A stretch of DNA of 64,000 bases from a virus, in the IMG/VR virus record IMGVR_UViG_3300046820_000298, positions 1 through 64,000 of that record. One strand, written 5' to 3'. Shown here piece by piece: positions 31,841 through 41,520 of the stretch (position 1 is the first letter of the stretch; every line of letters starts with the position of its first letter). The notes below the pieces were generated by a model. That model made no database searches. It saw only the letters and a program-made list of their open reading frames with translations, and was not told the origin of the DNA. The position numbers and the translations under genes were made by a program.

Positions 31841-32347
31841 TTATTGTTTATGAAACCCAGGTACGTATTTCTTAAACCGTAAATAGGCTAGGTCATCAGT
31901 GTGTAAAAGGGCAGTAAGTTTTTCCTTATTGCCCTTTACACCTCTAGTAGCGTCAAACCTGTATGCGGTTTTATTTTTAATCTTAGCACGGCTTTTAGTC
32001 CAGTGGAATTTACAATAGAACTTATCTGTATAGTAAATATGCCACTTTTCTCCTTTCCCCGTATTGCTATCATAAAGATCAACACCCTTGTCAAGTAACT
32101 CTTTTTTGTACTTAGTAGTTTCTCCCCAGTTAATTTGTGGTATTCTTGGGTCTCTTTCTACTCTTCTAACTGATACTGTACCTAGGTTATTTTGCAAATT
32201 GAATTCGTATCCATTTAGTAACTCGTTGAATATTGCAATATTGAACTCAGAACATATGTCAGAAAATACTCTATAGTCTACTTTGTCTTCGGTGTTTTCG
32301 TCGTAATCTTTAAATATAGCTCTAATTGTATGTGATTTGGTTTGCAT
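31841..32347 (-). CDS. IHF/HU-derived DNA-binding protein of crAss-like tail module
   Basis: GYEFNLQNNLGTVSVR...INWGET...FHW...YRF. Basic protein in the conserved position upstream of the ring gene. Confidence 0.6.
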   Translation of the reverse strand: MQTKSHTIRAIFKDYDENTEDKVDYRVFSDICSEFNIAIFNELLNGYEFNLQNNLGTVSVRRVERDPRIPQINWGETTKYKKELLDKGVDLYDSNTGKGEKWHIYYTDKFYCKFHWTKSRAKIKNKTAYRFDATRGVKGNKEKLTALLHTDDLAYLRFKKYVPGFHKQ

Positions 32348-32352
32348 AGGTA

Positions 32353-33249
32353 TTAATCAAAGCATACTTCTCCTCTAGCACACTTGCTCTTACCTGCGGC
32401 AGCTCTAGCTCCTGCTTTCTTAGCACGACTGGCATTTGGTCCAGTGTGGTGACTTCCTGATGTGCCTTTTTTCTTTTTCTTCTTCATAGCATCAAGAGCA
32501 CTCATTGATTCGGTTGATTCCATCATTTCCATACCAGCATCATTAGCACTAGTAGAATCAGACATACCCCCCATACCTTTTTTACCTTTAGCAGCCATCT
32601 CTTGAAAACGAGACTTGCCGTACTTATTTCTTCCGATAGAAGCAGCAATAGCTTTAGCAGAATCTTCTGATTTACCTTGGCCTTTAAGTTTGCTAACCAT
32701 AGCAGCAAATCTTCCACCACCACCTGGTTCCATAGATTTACCACCAGTTTTACGTTTTCCACCAGTACGTTGCTCATCTGATTTACCTGGACCTTTAGCT
32801 GCACTAATTACTTGTGCTGCTCCAGACAAAGCTGCACCTGCACCAGTCAAACTTTCTCCAAGTTTACCTCCAGCTCTTGTGCCAGTTGCTTTAGCAACTT
32901 CTAGTTTTCTAGCATTTCTTACAGCCATTCTAGCACCACGAGGACTAGAAGAAGCAGCTTTGTTAGCCAATTTGTAAAAATCACTGGTTCCAGAATCTTG
33001 AGTAGCTGTTGTTTGTGCAGGAGCTGGATCATCAGGACCTCCAGTTTTTTTATTAACTTTAGTCTGATGCTCAGGATTCTGCATGCTATTCATCTTCTTT
33101 ACTTTGGCAATATTCTCAGCTTTTTCAGCAGGAGAATAAAGACCACCAGATTTCATCTTTGATGGTTTGTTTCCGAAGTGAACTTCTTTGGACTCTTCCA
33201 TCCAAGACTCTTTCTTCTTTTTACCACCCTTTTTATACATTGGTACCAT
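32353..33249 (-). CDS. Lys/Gly/Ala-rich, probably disordered basic protein (candidate internal virion protein)
   Basis: 298 aa of low complexity with repeated K-x-x-GG motifs and a GGGGRFAA...AIAASIGRNKYG block. Confidence 0.65.
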   Translation of the reverse strand: MVPMYKKGGKKKKESWMEESKEVHFGNKPSKMKSGGLYSPAEKAENIAKVKKMNSMQNPEHQTKVNKKTGGPDDPAPAQTTATQDSGTSDFYKLANKAASSSPRGARMAVRNARKLEVAKATGTRAGGKLGESLTGAGAALSGAAQVISAAKGPGKSDEQRTGGKRKTGGKSMEPGGGGRFAAMVSKLKGQGKSEDSAKAIAASIGRNKYGKSRFQEMAAKGKKGMGGMSDSTSANDAGMEMMESTESMSALDAMKKKKKKGTSGSHHTGPNASRAKKAGARAAAGKSKCARGEVCFD

Positions 33250-33261
33250 TTTGTTTAAGTA

Positions 33262-33969
33262 TTAACAGTTTTTACCACCCATTCTTTTCTTACCACTAGT
33301 CTTCTTACCGTAAGTTTTAAGTTTAGATAAGAATTCTTCTTGTTGCTGCGGATTTAAATCAGGCTTTTGTTTATACCCAATAGCAGCCTGTCCTTGAGCA
33401 GCAGTCATTTTTCCTTGAAATACTTGGCCTATAGCATCCTTCGTACTCATCGTAGGTGAAGGTGTCGGTTTAGCCATTTGCCCAGCCGTTTGGTATTTTT
33501 TAGAAGGTCCACCGAACTTAAGTTCTTTGGACTCTTCCAACCAGCTAGACTTCTTTCCACCGGTTTTCTTTCCTTGTGCTTTCAGACTTTCTGCTTTAGT
33601 CTTAAGATTTTTAGCCTTTTCTTCTAATCTAGCAGTTCTGTTAGCCATCTTATTCATGTAAGCATCATAGTTACTAGTATCAGATGAGCTGGAATTTTTA
33701 GCAGCTTCATTATATTTATCAGCACTACGTGCAGCTTTCTCCATGTTTTTATCAGCACGAGCTGATACTCTGTCTGATCTTTTAGCACCAGGTCCTCCAG
33801 TCTCTTTTTTAGACGAGGTTTTAATTTTCTTTTCTTGTTTAAGCATCTCTTTAGTTGGTTCTTTACCAGAGCCTTTGTTAGCTCTTATGTTATCCCATAG
33901 TCCTCTCTGACTGTATGAGCCGTCGGCTCTTTTAAGCATTTTCTTCATGATCCTGTAATTTTTTATCAA
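33262..33969 (-). CDS. Lys-rich, probably disordered basic protein
   Basis: RADGSYSQRGLWDNIRA block. Shares SW(L/M)EESKE with 32353..33249. True start may be MKKMLKR. Confidence 0.65.
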   Translation of the reverse strand: MIKNYRIMKKMLKRADGSYSQRGLWDNIRANKGSGKEPTKEMLKQEKKIKTSSKKETGGPGAKRSDRVSARADKNMEKAARSADKYNEAAKNSSSSDTSNYDAYMNKMANRTARLEEKAKNLKTKAESLKAQGKKTGGKKSSWLEESKELKFGGPSKKYQTAGQMAKPTPSPTMSTKDAIGQVFQGKMTAAQGQAAIGYKQKPDLNPQQQEEFLSKLKTYGKKTSGKKRMGGKNC

Positions 33970-34162
33970 ACATGGCTCTTTGCTTTCTTGCAGTCAAAGC
34001 ACGTTCTATGTTAAACCAAATAAGGGTTATAGCTCCTATTATTCCTAGGCCCCAAGTTACTGTGTTGGACATCATTGCCCAAGTCCATCCTGCCCACACG
34101 GCATTCAATCCAATCCATTCAAATTGATGAGTCATGCTATCGTTAAATTCAAGTTGTTTCAT
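33932..34162 (-). CDS. small membrane protein (holin-like)
   Basis: 76 aa with hydrophobic segment(s) WGLGIIGAITLIWF followed by a charged tail. Confidence 0.5.
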   Translation of the reverse strand: MKQLEFNDSMTHQFEWIGLNAVWAGWTWAMMSNTVTWGLGIIGAITLIWFNIERALTARKQRAMFDKKLQDHEENA

Positions 34163-34165
34163 TGT

Positions 34166-34432
34166 TTACCAGTTTGAGCAGCTCCCACATCTCCAGACAC
34201 GAAGAGCTTTATTTATTCTTGAATTTGGGTCGTTTGCAGTTTTGCTTGATGTAAGCTTAGACTTCATACCACACATCCTGTTACAGAAAGAATCTCGTCT
34301 TTTTCCTCCTTTAGGTTGTGGGGCTCCAAGCTTAGAACCAGGGTTAGCGGCACGGTAAGAAGCTCTGCCTTTAGCATTTAAGCCCCCTTTTGGGTTCTTA
34401 CCTTCAGATCGTTGCCATGCTGGTGATGCCAT
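34166..34432 (-). CDS. conserved small basic phage protein (DUF6321-like)
   Basis: AWQRSEGKNPKGGLNAKGRASY...RRDSFCNRM...DPNSRINKALRVW. Confidence 0.7.
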   Translation of the reverse strand: MASPAWQRSEGKNPKGGLNAKGRASYRAANPGSKLGAPQPKGGKRRDSFCNRMCGMKSKLTSSKTANDPNSRINKALRVWRCGSCSNW

Positions 34433-34437
34433 AGTTA

Positions 34438-34445
34438 CAAATTTA
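34438..34445 (-). promoter_or_regulatory. TAnnTTTG -7 element upstream of 34166..34432
   Basis: TAAATTTG-5 nt-ATG. Confidence 0.55.
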
Positions 34446-34453
34446 GTTTAAAA

Positions 34454-35176
34454 CTATTCAGGTTGGTTATTATAATTTGTATTTTGTTGTGCTGTTTGAG
34501 GAGCTCCCGGAGTAATATCTTGAGCTCTATCTGCAGTGGTATCTGTGAATGTACCAGCAAGTAATCTCAACTCTCCTGCCATCATGCCTTGGGTAATAGC
34601 CTGCACCATGTCCATCGGCATAGGAAACGGGGTGTCATCAGTATAACAAGGTAAGCCACTACAATCAGAAAATTTAGCAGCATCTTCCGGATTTTCGAAT
34701 ATACCTCTGACATTTACGTAATCTGCTCCTTTATTATTTAAAATATACAAGTAATCTTCAATCATGTAAGCTTTCATGTTTCTGCCTGTGTACTTATCAG
34801 CAGATATAAAAGCTACTTCATATGGCTTAATCATAGGGATACGACCAGTTCCTGTTACATCCCCTACATAAGTGATGGCTTCTTCAAAGTTAAACCTGAC
34901 AGTTCTAGGGAGAGGTTTAACACTTCTCCAAGCCGGACAGTCTATTTGAATGTTACAGCACTTAGATAGGTCAACTCTTTCAAGTTGAACACATCTTAAG
35001 TCTTGTTCTAAGTGTCTGGTTACTAGTCCATTTCTTGCAAAGTCTCTACGAATGAATACGGCACGATAGTGCTTAATGTTGAACTTAATTTGATCAACAG
35101 AGATGTTATCATCGTTAGAGGATCTACCTCCACGAAAGGCATTTAAAAGGTTATATGCAATCTCATCTAAGGTCAT
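34454..35176 (-). CDS. tail ring/adaptor protein (crAss-like conserved structural gene)
   Basis: MTLDEIAYNLL...SNDD...IKF.I..YRA...VRGIFENP...PFPMP pattern and synteny. Confidence 0.65.
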   Translation of the reverse strand: MTLDEIAYNLLNAFRGGRSSNDDNISVDQIKFNIKHYRAVFIRRDFARNGLVTRHLEQDLRCVQLERVDLSKCCNIQIDCPAWRSVKPLPRTVRFNFEEAITYVGDVTGTGRIPMIKPYEVAFISADKYTGRNMKAYMIEDYLYILNNKGADYVNVRGIFENPEDAAKFSDCSGLPCYTDDTPFPMPMDMVQAITQGMMAGELRLLAGTFTDTTADRAQDITPGAPQTAQQNTNYNNQPE

Positions 35177-35187
35177 CTATGAATGTT

Positions 35188-35487
35188 TTAAGTACTTATT
35201 TTATTAGTCATTTCCTGCTTGGCTTTAACCAAGTCATTACATTTTTCGTATTCTTCGTTTTGTTCAAAATAACTTATCATAAGGTCTGCAACATTCAAAA
35301 AATCTTCAAGCTTGCTGGGGTTAAATGGAAATAACACCACAAGTTTGTCAGCAGTTAATTCAGCCAATGTTTTCTTGGCTGTAATCAACTTGTAACCATT
35401 GTTGTAACAAGCATCAATAGATGCTACTTTATCGATGAACTCGTCCATTGTTCGGTCGAATTCTTCGTCGTATTCATCTTCAGTCAT
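35188..35487 (-). CDS. hypothetical protein with UvrB/UvrC-like C-terminal helix motif
   Basis: YFEQNEEYEKCNDL motif. Confidence 0.55.
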   Translation of the reverse strand: MTEDEYDEEFDRTMDEFIDKVASIDACYNNGYKLITAKKTLAELTADKLVVLFPFNPSKLEDFLNVADLMISYFEQNEEYEKCNDLVKAKQEMTNKIST

Positions 35488-36632
35488 TTTACAATAGTTT
35501 GTAGATAACCTTCTAGCCCGTTAGATTTACTCCAGATATAAGCCTGGCCTGTTCTAAGAGCTGAGTATCCCATAGTTTTGTGCCAGTCATCATTAGCACA
35601 AATGGAGGGGATAAACCTTACTTTAATTCCACGGTACTCGTTAACCATTTCCTTATGTAAGTGACCACAGTGAACTTCTCTAACTGGGCATCTAGCAAAC
35701 ATTTCTGGCTGCTCAGTTGCCATAATTAGTGGCATTTCACTTGGCTTTTCTTTATCCCCGTGAGTATACATTATCATGTTTACTCCGTACTCTACATACT
35801 TTCTACTATCCATGCTGTTGTCTACAACAACATTTCTATCATTTCTATACCATCCTTTGATAAAATCTCCGGCATAAAACATTCTTTCAAAGTCGTGATT
35901 ACCTGATATAACCACTACTTGTACTGGAGCTTTAGCTTTTAGGTAGTCTATTGCAGTAGTCATTAACTTGCAATATCCTTGGAAGCTTTCTCTCCATCCT
36001 ATTGAATCATGCTGAGGAGTACCTTTGGTTGTAGCCAACCTCATACCTTCAGAGTTCATCCCGTCATTCCCAATAGGAAGAATAAACTTTTCTATATCCA
36101 AACCTGTGGCTTTATCTACCAAGTTTTGGATAGTATACATGAACTGTTCTTCAGCTGCTTCTATGCTGAGATTAGTAAGCTTTCCATAATGGATATCAGG
36201 AAGAGATATCTCGTAAGCTACAGGGTCTAATCCTTGAAAGGGAGCTGACCTTTTAACCACAGCTGGGCTAAAGTTTGTAGCAAAATCTTCAATCTCTTTC
36301 TTTATATCCTCAATAGAGGCTTTATCATTCTTTGTAACTACAGAGAACCGTTGTTCTCCTTTCATCGTTTGCCAGAATTTAACAGAAGCTACATTATCTC
36401 TGTTAATTCCGTTATCTACCAAATAGCTCTCGAACTCTGTAATTATACTCTCGTTCTCGTTAGAGTTATCAGTGAGGCCAAGTCTAGCTTCTTTAAGAAG
36501 TTTCTTAGCCTCTCTGATTGCCTCTAATGCTATCTGTTTTTCTACATCGAACGTGCTAGATACTCTGTTAGGGCCACTTTTAATGTAACCCGGTTTTTGT
36601 GTGAGTATACCTACAAGTTCTTTTAAACTCAT
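35484..36632 (-). CDS. calcineurin-like metallophosphoesterase
   Basis: All five motifs are present: PDIHYG, GND, GNHD, THGD, GHLH. Confidence 0.85.
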   Translation of the reverse strand: MSLKELVGILTQKPGYIKSGPNRVSSTFDVEKQIALEAIREAKKLLKEARLGLTDNSNENESIITEFESYLVDNGINRDNVASVKFWQTMKGEQRFSVVTKNDKASIEDIKKEIEDFATNFSPAVVKRSAPFQGLDPVAYEISLPDIHYGKLTNLSIEAAEEQFMYTIQNLVDKATGLDIEKFILPIGNDGMNSEGMRLATTKGTPQHDSIGWRESFQGYCKLMTTAIDYLKAKAPVQVVVISGNHDFERMFYAGDFIKGWYRNDRNVVVDNSMDSRKYVEYGVNMIMYTHGDKEKPSEMPLIMATEQPEMFARCPVREVHCGHLHKEMVNEYRGIKVRFIPSICANDDWHKTMGYSALRTGQAYIWSKSNGLEGYLQTIVK

Positions 36633-37060
36633 TATTGTACTATTTTAATTATAGTCTCCAGTTGTTCAGCTGAGAGATCTTGTGGAAGGCTAGCCTCTGC
36701 AATCAATTTAAGTTCTAGAGTTGCAGTTTCATCAAGTTTTGCATTTACAAGCTCCATCTGCTTCTTTCTTTCCTCAATTACTTCAGAGTGTTCCTCTTCA
36801 AATTTCTTCAAGCCTTCTCCGTCTTCAGCTTGAATGTACTTTTGAGCTTCCAGTGACAGCAACATAAATGCTTCTGAGGGTTTAGCCTCTTCTTCAATTG
36901 GGTCTAGATGAGACTTAATAACTTCAGAGTTTTTAATTACTGCTTTAGCATAGGCTACTCCTTTAGTTGATCTTGTCTCATTGAGAGTTTTAAAGATGTT
37001 CAAAAACTCTCTGTTAGTTGCCGTGATGTGTACTCCGTACTTTTCTGTCTGGTTGATCAT
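36632..37060 (-). CDS. hypothetical helical protein (possible tail-fibre chaperone)
   Basis: 142 aa, acidic and helical, directly downstream of a fibre gene. Confidence 0.55.
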   Translation of the reverse strand: MINQTEKYGVHITATNREFLNIFKTLNETRSTKGVAYAKAVIKNSEVIKSHLDPIEEEAKPSEAFMLLSLEAQKYIQAEDGEGLKKFEEEHSEVIEERKKQMELVNAKLDETATLELKLIAEASLPQDLSAEQLETIIKIVQ

Positions 37061-37088
37061 TTGTATTTGGTTTTAAAAAAGTTTGCAT

Positions 37089-38375
37089 TTATTCTGCGGT
37101 AGCATATACTCGTATCCAAGCATCTGTCCCGTTAATTTTAACTCTTATTGCTCCAGTCTTAGAAGCAGCTGATGCCGTTGAACTAGAGATTGAATTAGCA
37201 CTAGCTGCTCCACTAGTTCCGACAAAGTTAATGAAAGATTCATCAGTATCAAGTTGTTGAATTCTTATCACCGGGGCATTTGCTGTAGTACTCTCTTGCT
37301 TAACATCAAGTGGACTAGAAGGAGTAGTTGTATTTATACCTATATATTTGTCATCCCCATCAATAGTCATGATAACTTGAGCAGTGGCTGCGGTATTATA
37401 TCCCCAAAATACGTGGTTACCTGATTTACCAGTACCATCGTGATTACCTGGTAGGTAGTTAATATCTCCCCCGGCATTGGCAGAGCCTTGGGAATTACCA
37501 GCATAAATATTAAGATTACCTCCTACAGTAGAAGAGTTAGCATTAGCTGCTCTAATATTTAGTGCTCCTGGAGTTGCAGTAGAAGTTAGTATAGATCCTA
37601 TAGTTTGATTTATATTACCATTAAGATAGATACTATTAGCTACGTTTAAGTCTCCACTATAAAATGGAGTTGGTGTACCACTGCCTATAAATGCCTGTCC
37701 ACCAGATCCCATTTTAATACCTCTGTTGCTAGAGTCTGGACTTAGCCATCCATATCCGTAAAAGTTATATCCTGCAGCATTTACTGCACTTGTAAATGTA
37801 GACAACGAAGCTGCAATAGTAATTGTACCAGAACCGTTAGTAATAGTCACGTTAGTACCAGCTGTTAGGTTAGCTAGTACTGGTGCTAAACCTGTTCTTC
37901 CAACTACTATTTGTCCGTTAGTTCCAAATGGGAGAGCAGTCATAGCTCCTGAACTGTTAGAGTAAAGGAAGCTACTAGTGCTTAGTGTACTTAGTCCTGT
38001 ACCTCCGTTAGCTATTGGGAGTACACCACTTACATTACTTGCAAGGGCAACAGTAGACAAGAATCCAGCAGTAGCATTATTACAGTTAGCCAGGTTAATA
38101 TTAGCTTCGTTAACTTGAAGAGTAATATTGTTGCTAGCAGTAGCTACAGTTAGGAGGGTATTAAGAGACTTAATCCCTTTAAAGTTAAGTGTGTTTTTAT
38201 TTGTAGTACTAACAAATAGAGCTTCACTAGATGTTCCAAGAGTATTTACAGTTGGGAATAGATCTTGAAGTAAAAACTTATTGTTAGCAGGAGTAACTCC
38301 ATTTGCAACTAGCAAATAATCGTTTGCTCCTACACTTGTTTTGGCTAAAGTTGATAGACTAGTTATTGTTGCCAT
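37089..38375 (-). CDS. tail fibre / spike-like structural protein
   Basis: 428 aa, rich in Thr/Ser/Gly/Asn. GVLPIANGGTG, LTAGTNVTITNG and IGINTTTPSSPLDV fibre motifs. Confidence 0.75.
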   Translation of the reverse strand: MATITSLSTLAKTSVGANDYLLVANGVTPANNKFLLQDLFPTVNTLGTSSEALFVSTTNKNTLNFKGIKSLNTLLTVATASNNITLQVNEANINLANCNNATAGFLSTVALASNVSGVLPIANGGTGLSTLSTSSFLYSNSSGAMTALPFGTNGQIVVGRTGLAPVLANLTAGTNVTITNGSGTITIAASLSTFTSAVNAAGYNFYGYGWLSPDSSNRGIKMGSGGQAFIGSGTPTPFYSGDLNVANSIYLNGNINQTIGSILTSTATPGALNIRAANANSSTVGGNLNIYAGNSQGSANAGGDINYLPGNHDGTGKSGNHVFWGYNTAATAQVIMTIDGDDKYIGINTTTPSSPLDVKQESTTANAPVIRIQQLDTDESFINFVGTSGAASANSISSSTASAASKTGAIRVKINGTDAWIRVYATAE

Positions 38376-38376
38376 T

Positions 38377-39900
38377 TTATATGGTAATTTGTTGATTAAA
38401 CTCAGTGGTTATTGGTACTCCAGTTTCACCTACTAGGGTGGTTTTTGCAACCTCTAGACTCGGAGTTGTACCAGCTGTAGGAGTTGGAGCTGGTCCTGTT
38501 ACTATGCAATCTGAGCAAAAGCTATTTGCAAAGTTTATAAAGGTCTCAAGATAAGTAGTTGTACTTTCTTTACTTTGTGTAAGACAGAAAGTAGATTCTG
38601 CAACACCTCCAGTAAAGTAATCAGCCAATACTATTGTAGTCTGATTGTTTAGTACATCGTATGATGCATCTACAATACTAGATGAAAAGCCAGGTACACC
38701 TGCTACTTCTACTACAAAGGTTTCAAACTGAGAGTAATCTCCGTCTACAATAAATGTATTAGTATCTTTTTCTATAGAGTATACAGTAACGTCACAAGGT
38801 ATTTCTTGATAAACAGCTGTAGGGAAACTGACTCTATCATAAATACAATCTAGAGCTCTATCTTGATCTTTCTGATTTAGAAGCTCTAGGATTAATTTAA
38901 GTTTTGATAGTTCTCTATAGTCACATTTAACTGCTCCTACAACCTTGTTGTAAAACGTAGTTCCCTTTTTTGCTAGGCAATCTTGGAATTGAAGTAGCTT
39001 AGTGTTGTAATCTACTCCGTTTACTCTAGAAGGAACTTCAGCAGTATCTACATATTGCACTGACGGTAGAGGAGATGGACCAGTTGGGTTTGTATCATTT
39101 GTCTTTAATACAGCACAAATGTAAGCAAGGCATACCCCGTTAGCACCATTACCTGATGCAAAGCAGGAGTTAGGATCCTGTACTTCTACACTAAGAGTAG
39201 CGTTATCCGTACAGGTAAGTTCTACTACTATGGTTTTTAGCTCTCCTGGTTCGGATAACGTATTTATTAAATCTTCTTGATAGGAGTTATTTCCAGCAAA
39301 AATTTGAATAAAACTATCAGCATAACCAGAAGGAGAACAAACTTCTACAACTACAGGGGCATAATAAGATACAGTTATCTCGTATGTCTCCCCGATAGTC
39401 AATATGTTGTCTTGGCTTATAGATGCTAGTGCACTTGGATCATACTTAACAGTTCCCCCAAAATCTACTTTCCAACTTAAGTTAGATAGTGTCCAACCTG
39501 ATGCATCATCGGTAAATGCAGAGTTAGTAGTAACACAATCTACAGAAGGAGTTACAGGGGTAAGCTGGTTTAAAAATAAACTAACAAAAGCTCCAGTTAA
39601 GTCTGTCCACCCAGTTAGTGGAGGGCAAAGACCGTTATTAGTTCCTACAGAATCAGAAAAATTAATTTTACTACCGTTTCCATCTAAGATAAGCCAAGTT
39701 CCAGTTATGGATATGATTGTATACGTTGAATTTTCTACAGTGAATACATAATCATATCCTACTTCAGAGAGAGGATTAGCTTGTGCAGTTATAGGAACAG
39801 TATAACTCCCACCATTTGGAAGGACAACAGATGCTGTAAACCCTTCACAGGCAGCAGTCTGAGAGCTTTTGGCAGCTATGCAATCTGTACAAATAGCCAT
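38377..39900 (-). CDS. Cys-rich structural protein (tail hub / fibre-associated)
   Basis: 507 aa, beta-rich, with a carbohydrate-binding-like SISQDNILTIGETYEI segment. Located in the tail module. Confidence 0.55.
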   Translation of the reverse strand: MAICTDCIAAKSSQTAACEGFTASVVLPNGGSYTVPITAQANPLSEVGYDYVFTVENSTYTIISITGTWLILDGNGSKINFSDSVGTNNGLCPPLTGWTDLTGAFVSLFLNQLTPVTPSVDCVTTNSAFTDDASGWTLSNLSWKVDFGGTVKYDPSALASISQDNILTIGETYEITVSYYAPVVVEVCSPSGYADSFIQIFAGNNSYQEDLINTLSEPGELKTIVVELTCTDNATLSVEVQDPNSCFASGNGANGVCLAYICAVLKTNDTNPTGPSPLPSVQYVDTAEVPSRVNGVDYNTKLLQFQDCLAKKGTTFYNKVVGAVKCDYRELSKLKLILELLNQKDQDRALDCIYDRVSFPTAVYQEIPCDVTVYSIEKDTNTFIVDGDYSQFETFVVEVAGVPGFSSSIVDASYDVLNNQTTIVLADYFTGGVAESTFCLTQSKESTTTYLETFINFANSFCSDCIVTGPAPTPTAGTTPSLEVAKTTLVGETGVPITTEFNQQITI

Positions 39901-39907
39901 CTTTTAA

Positions 39908-40393
39908 TTAGCAACCACATGCACATGTTTCAGTGCAGAAGTCTTTTGCTTTGTTGTATTTGTTAATAGCATCAGTTACATTAACAGAGGAGTAAGCAGA
40001 ATGCTGTGCTGATTTAATCAATAGGTCAATCTTTTCAGCCTTTCTTAGGTCTTCATCACATCTATCACAATGACAGTGACAGTCGATGGCAGCTTGAACT
40101 AGAGCAGCAACACAACAATAAATTTCAGCTGTTCCGATAGCATACATTGTAGGAGCAGTTATGTCCCCTATTTCAGTAATAGTAATTACTCCATTAAACA
40201 GCTCATTAGCAGTTTGGTAACTCAACACCCAAGTAGCTGTACCGTCTATTACATCAATAGAGTCACTTGTAACACTATTGTCTGTAATCAAATTAGTGTA
40301 CAGAAAAGTAACTGTAGCTGCATCTGAAGTAGCTATTACAGTTAGTTTCTTACAATCAGGGGAAATAGTTACCGAGTTAATTACTGTGGCCAT
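39908..40393 (-). CDS. putative tail hub protein
   Basis: Start at 40393 (MATVINS) avoids the terminator. Cys clusters CHCHCDRC and terminal CACGC. Assignment rests on synteny. Confidence 0.55.
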   Translation of the reverse strand: MATVINSVTISPDCKKLTVIATSDAATVTFLYTNLITDNSVTSDSIDVIDGTATWVLSYQTANELFNGVITITEIGDITAPTMYAIGTAEIYCCVAALVQAAIDCHCHCDRCDEDLRKAEKIDLLIKSAQHSAYSSVNVTDAINKYNKAKDFCTETCACGC

Positions 40394-40416
40394 CGGGTAG
40401 TTTTTGTAAAGATAAT

Positions 40417-40446
40417 AAAAAGTAGGGGATTGCTCCCCCACTTTTT
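40417..40446 (-). terminator. intrinsic terminator after 40463..41485
   Basis: On the - strand: AAAAGTGGGGA-GCAA-TCCCCTACTTTT. Confidence 0.8.
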
Positions 40447-40462
40447 AATGCTTAATTTAAGA

Positions 40463-41485
40463 TTAGAATATTTGTTCAAGGTCAGTACCACCAGTAAATC
40501 CAAATACTGTAGCAATCTCAGTTCCAGTAGAAGCACCAGCATAAGAAAGTGCAGTGCTACTAGCTCCGAAGAAGATTTGGACAGTATTCAACTCACCAGC
40601 ACGGGCAATACCTGTAGATGAAGGCCAGCCATGCTCATACTGGATTTCGAGTACATCGTACTTGTAACCAGCCTGTGCAAAAGTTGGGAAGTTGAATGGG
40701 AAGTACATACGGTTGAAGTTACCGTAACGAGCACGTTGTGATTTCTCAGCAGAAAGAGCTTCTACATAATTAGAACCAGCGTTAGTTCTAGATGCAGTTA
40801 CAGTACCAACAGCACCTGACTTATCAGAGTACTGAGAAGTTACGTCAAACTCAACTCCGTAGTGACGAGCAGTCAATACCAAACCTGAAGTACCGCTATC
40901 AGTAGCAGCGAACAATGCATTGAAAGTTCTATTTCCTATAATTGCATTGTAAAGAGCAGTTACCAAAGCAGTTTCAGAACCAGCGTGTACAGATGCAGGA
41001 ATTTCAATGTTGAAGATCATACGACCTGCAGAGAAGTTACCGAGCAATGGGAATTCAAATCCACCACCAGACAAGTCTACTGCAGTACCATCTTGGTAGT
41101 AGTTTGCATAGGCAGTTGGGGCAGTACGAAGTGCAATTCTCAACATTACATCTTTGGTAGATGTTGGAGCTCCTGTGTCAATTGTCTGAGTAGCTCTAGT
41201 CGGGATTACTGAAGTCCACTCACGATAGTTAATTCTTTTGATAAGATTAGTATCAATGATTGGAGTAGCAATAGCCTGCCCAGTAGGCATGTTCTGAACA
41301 ATTTGAATTCTACTCTTGTTCCAAGCTCCAGAAGTACGAAGAGCTGTAACAAAGTTTGTAGAACCATCTACATCCCAAACTGACATTGTAGATACGTTAG
41401 CAGCAGCGTTAGTGCTGAATGCTGTCGTAGAAATAAGATCAGGATTGTTTACGACAAATACCTGATTTAAGTTTTGAGGTGCCAT
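40463..41485 (-). CDS. abundant structural protein (auxiliary capsid protein-like, crAss-like conserved)
   Basis: 340 aa and beta-rich, with codon usage like the MCP, its own terminator and a position in the capsid module. Confidence 0.6.
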   Translation of the reverse strand: MAPQNLNQVFVVNNPDLISTTAFSTNAAANVSTMSVWDVDGSTNFVTALRTSGAWNKSRIQIVQNMPTGQAIATPIIDTNLIKRINYREWTSVIPTRATQTIDTGAPTSTKDVMLRIALRTAPTAYANYYQDGTAVDLSGGGFEFPLLGNFSAGRMIFNIEIPASVHAGSETALVTALYNAIIGNRTFNALFAATDSGTSGLVLTARHYGVEFDVTSQYSDKSGAVGTVTASRTNAGSNYVEALSAEKSQRARYGNFNRMYFPFNFPTFAQAGYKYDVLEIQYEHGWPSSTGIARAGELNTVQIFFGASSTALSYAGASTGTEIATVFGFTGGTDLEQIF

Positions 41486-41520
41486 TTTTTATTAATTTAG
41501 GCGTTAAACATTGATTTGAG

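Noticed and set aside
40394-40441. Extended N-terminus of 39908..40441 given by the ORF track
   Set aside because: It starts inside the terminator hairpin. ATG 40393 is more plausible.
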